Assembly: GCF_000186885.1 (NCBI RefSeq)
Contig: NC_014972.1
Span: forward strand, 3,480,001-3,512,000
Length of the DNA: 32,000 nucleotides
From: Desulfobulbus propionicus DSM 2032
Lineage (GTDB): Bacteria; Desulfobacterota; Desulfobulbia; Desulfobulbales; Desulfobulbaceae
Direction of reading: 5' to 3'
Part shown: positions 29,448-32,000 of the stretch, piece by piece
How the letters are laid out: every line of letters starts with the position of its first letter
How positions within the stretch are numbered: position 1 is the stretch's first letter
Program-made: the position numbers and the translations under genes
Notes under the pieces: model-generated
What the model was told of the DNA's origin: nothing
Databases searched by the model: none
The model's input: only the letters and a program-made list of their open reading frames with translations

Positions 29448-30347
29448 ATGCCCAACATAGTCGCCCCTGTCGGAAAACAGAAATGGTTGCCTCTGGTTGT
29501 ATCGTTGATTGTCATCGGCCTTGTGCTGGTCGGTGCACGTTCCGCCCTGGCCGCGGCGAAAACGCTGATGCTCAATCCCGTTCGGGTCATCTTCACCGAT
29601 CGCCAGCGTACGGTGGAAGTCCATGTGATGAATCCAACCGAGGAAAGTATCACCTATGCCATTTCAACGGTGACCATGCGCAAGGATGGAAAAGGACAAT
29701 TGCAGGAAGTCACCGCCGAGAGCGAAAAAGAGCGTTCAATCAGGAGTATGGTTCGGTTTTCGCCCCGCCGGGCAACCATTGAACCCGGCAAGCGGCAGGT
29801 CGTCAAATTGATGGTCAACAAACCGGGGGATCTTGCCCCGGGTGAATATCAAACCCGTTTGCGGTTCAGCCCCCAGCCCACGGCAGCGCCAACCACGAAT
29901 TCCGGTGCTCCGGCCGCGCGCAAAGGCTCGCAATTTAACGTCGAAATTCTGGTTGACTCGACCATTCCCATCATTATCCAGCACGGGGGGATTGCCGCCG
30001 AGGTTGCCCCGCTTGCCTTGGCGATCAAGCAATCGGCGGACAGTCCCGCCGGAGTGGCCGCAGAGGTCAAGTTGTCGCGCAGCGGCAATGCCTCGGCGTT
30101 TGGCAATGTGTTCCTTCACTACGTGCCGGCCAATGATCCGAAAACCAGTCGTACAATTGGCCAAGCGCAAGGGGTTGCCATCTATCTTCCCGAGGTCGAG
30201 AAAAAAATGCTCATTCCCTTGACGGACATATCTCGCCAGGAGCTTTCCTCCGGGTCCATTCGCGTCTCGTTCCTGCCGGGAACGGGTTCCGCCAACCAGC
30301 GTGAGAATCTGGGACAAAAGGCGGTCAAGGACTTCCCGCTGCGCTGA
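29448..30347 (+). CDS. PapD-like periplasmic fimbrial chaperone
   Basis: Signal sequence, LMLNPVRVIFTDRQRTVEVHVMNPTEESITYAISTVTM, SIRSMVRFSPRRATIEPGKRQVVKLMVNKPGDLAPGEYQTRLRFSP. Start trimmed from 29355 to MPNIVAPVGK. Confidence 0.87.
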   Translation: MPNIVAPVGKQKWLPLVVSLIVIGLVLVGARSALAAAKTLMLNPVRVIFTDRQRTVEVHVMNPTEESITYAISTVTMRKDGKGQLQEVTAESEKERSIRSMVRFSPRRATIEPGKRQVVKLMVNKPGDLAPGEYQTRLRFSPQPTAAPTTNSGAPAARKGSQFNVEILVDSTIPIIIQHGGIAAEVAPLALAIKQSADSPAGVAAEVKLSRSGNASAFGNVFLHYVPANDPKTSRTIGQAQGVAIYLPEVEKKMLIPLTDISRQELSSGSIRVSFLPGTGSANQRENLGQKAVKDFPLR

Positions 30348-30371
30348 CGCTCTCCCTTCCCGCCAACGCGC

Positions 30372-30415
30372 AACCCGGACCAGGCTGGCCATCGCCGCCT
30401 CTTCCGGGTTTTTTC
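30372..30415 (+). terminator. Candidate terminator downstream of the chaperone gene
   Basis: AACCCGGA ... TCCGGGTT followed by TTTTC, loop about 23 nt. Confidence 0.6.
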
Positions 30416-30494
30416 TTGCACGGTTTGTTTTCTTTTTACGGTCCCCGCCGCACCGGGGAAAACGGCAAGGAGCTGGTGAGCCGGCAACGGATAC

Positions 30495-32000
30495 TCAAAT
30501 TTTATTTCGCTGCATATTTGCGTATTTTTGCGCGATCAATTTAGGGTTATACCCTGTCGGCATCCGGTTCGCGGGGAGGGTGGCGATGGGTTGCTGCTCC
30601 CTGGTGGAGTAGTTGACAGGGAGACTGAGCGCGGAACCGGTTCTGGGCCGCATGCGCGCGGCCAACCGGTCAGCCTCGTTCTTGACGCTGAAATCGCCGC
30701 AGGTGACTCGGTAATAGATCCCCTTTTCCTCACCCAGATCGACTTTTGTCACCCGTAGATCCTCGGCGCCGACAATGTCCGCCAGTTTTTGCGCAAGAAT
30801 CTGCATGCCTCTGCGCGCCGCCTCCATGGATTTATACGAGGCAAGATGGACGGCATAGGTGCCGGTGGTCCCGTTTTTTGTCGGCACAGCAGGTGGCTGT
30901 TCCGCTTTGCTGGCCGGTTGTGGGACGGGCGAGGGTATGGCGGCGCGCGTTTCGGTTTCGCGGCGCGCGACCCCGGCTTTGCCATTCGGGGCAGCATTGC
31001 CGGTACCTGTTTGGGCGGCGAAGGTGCTTGCCGCCAAGGTCAAGGGGGCAATGGAAAGAGTGGTTGTTTGTTTGGCGGAAGGCGGTGCGGATGGTTTGAC
31101 AGCGGCAAGGGCTTCATGCCCCATCCCTTGCCGGGTGTCGGAAGAACCGGGCGCGGAGGGGGCCGGTCTGTCGGCAGGCGCCTTGTCGCGATTCCTGTAT
31201 TCAGGTGGGGCAAGAATGATATCGTTGCCGCGGGCGATGGTGCCGTCGTTGTCGATGACAATCTGTTTTTGCCATTCGTCGACCGATTCCTTGAGGCGGG
31301 GATCGGTGCTGGAGGCCTGCAGTGTGTAGGTGCCAGGGAAGACTTTTTCAAACAGGTAGAATCCGTCGTATTCGGAAACGGTTTTTTGGACCTGCTTCCC
31401 CTGCTTGTCGAGCAGTTCCAACTGCACGTTGGCCAGGGGTTCCTTGACGCCCTCCCTGTTGGCAACGTACACCATGCCGTCGATTTCTCCGGTGGAAACA
31501 ACAGGAAAGTCGATGGAATGGACACTGCCCGAACGAGGCAGGACCGCCACGCCGGGAACAGCGGGTTGCCAGTGGGGATCTTTCAACGAATCCGGATCAA
31601 TTTCCACATCGGTTGGCTCGGAGGCGGCGAGCCCGGTGAATTGTGCAACGCCCTGATCATTGGTCCGGACATTTCTCCTGAGTTGCCTGGCCACCACCCT
31701 GACCTCGGGCAGGGGCGTGTCATCTTGATCAAAGACCTTGTTGTTGTTGGCGTCGTGATAAACAAACGCCGTCGTCGCGCCGCGGCCGGATCGTTTTTCC
31801 GATTTCACCACGATTTCCTCGCTCACCGGATCCTTCCCCAGGGAAAAGGAAAGGCCGAGAAAGGCACCAAAATTTCCTTCGGAATCGTACAGGAGACTGG
31901 GAGAAAGAATATATTGGCCAGTGTCGAAGTCAAGGCTGGCCCTGGCCGTGGTCAAGTCTTCCTGCAAATCGTCATCCACCTCGCGAATGACACTGGCGCC
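30495..32000 (-). CDS. Truncated at window edge: beta-barrel-like end + SdrD-B/carboxypeptidase-regulatory-like domains + C-terminal SPOR domain
   Basis: Frame is open to 32000 (reads ...GASVIREVDDDLQEDL). LDFDTGQYILSPSLLYDSEGNFGAFLGLSFSLGKD (amphipathic strands), AFVYHDANNNKVFDQDDTPLPEVRV, IDGMVYVANREGVKEPLANVQLELLDKQGK...YDGFYLFEKVFPGTYTLQ, Pro/Ala/Thr-rich linker, GTYAVHLASYKSMEAARRGMQILAQKLAD...YYRVTCGDFSVKNEADRLAARM (SPOR). Confidence 0.75.
   Translation of the reverse strand, partial: GASVIREVDDDLQEDLTTARASLDFDTGQYILSPSLLYDSEGNFGAFLGLSFSLGKDPVSEEIVVKSEKRSGRGATTAFVYHDANNNKVFDQDDTPLPEVRVVARQLRRNVRTNDQGVAQFTGLAASEPTDVEIDPDSLKDPHWQPAVPGVAVLPRSGSVHSIDFPVVSTGEIDGMVYVANREGVKEPLANVQLELLDKQGKQVQKTVSEYDGFYLFEKVFPGTYTLQASSTDPRLKESVDEWQKQIVIDNDGTIARGNDIILAPPEYRNRDKAPADRPAPSAPGSSDTRQGMGHEALAAVKPSAPPSAKQTTTLSIAPLTLAASTFAAQTGTGNAAPNGKAGVARRETETRAAIPSPVPQPASKAEQPPAVPTKNGTTGTYAVHLASYKSMEAARRGMQILAQKLADIVGAEDLRVTKVDLGEEKGIYYRVTCGDFSVKNEADRLAARMRPRTGSALSLPVNYSTREQQPIATLPANRMPTGYNPKLIAQKYANMQRNKI

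Overview
The window looks like a GC-rich, deltaproteobacterial (Desulfobulbus-like, inferred) chromosomal segment. From left to right: (1) a minus-strand operon for anaerobic cobalamin synthesis and corrinoid/cobalt-type transport. Its order is cbiK, FecCD permease, ATPase, binding protein, cbiA, cbiC, cbiD, cbiET, cbiL, cbiF. It is preceded by a clear cobalamin riboswitch, a candidate promoter and two tandem terminator-like hairpins. (2) A two-gene unit: a group II PLP decarboxylase followed by an uncharacterised HTH/coiled-coil protein. (3) A DUF4388-like protein, an M24 peptidase, and carboxy(nor)spermidine dehydrogenase and decarboxylase. (4) Housekeeping genes nadC, valS, dgt, prfB (with the +1 programmed frameshift, which the ORF track misses), lnt and a CorC/HlyC-like CBS protein. 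(5) A tRNA-Lys(CTT). (6) A more accessory-looking right end: an orphan secreted protein, a GT4-like glycosyltransferase, two tandem DUF4402-like pilin-like proteins with a PapD-like chaperone, and a converging, edge-truncated ORF. That ORF appears to combine the end of an outer-membrane beta-barrel with SdrD-B/carboxypeptidase-regulatory-like repeats and a C-terminal SPOR domain. The last locus is the best candidate for an under-described system, a non-canonical chaperone/usher-like surface apparatus. All calls come from reading the sequence; no database search was run.
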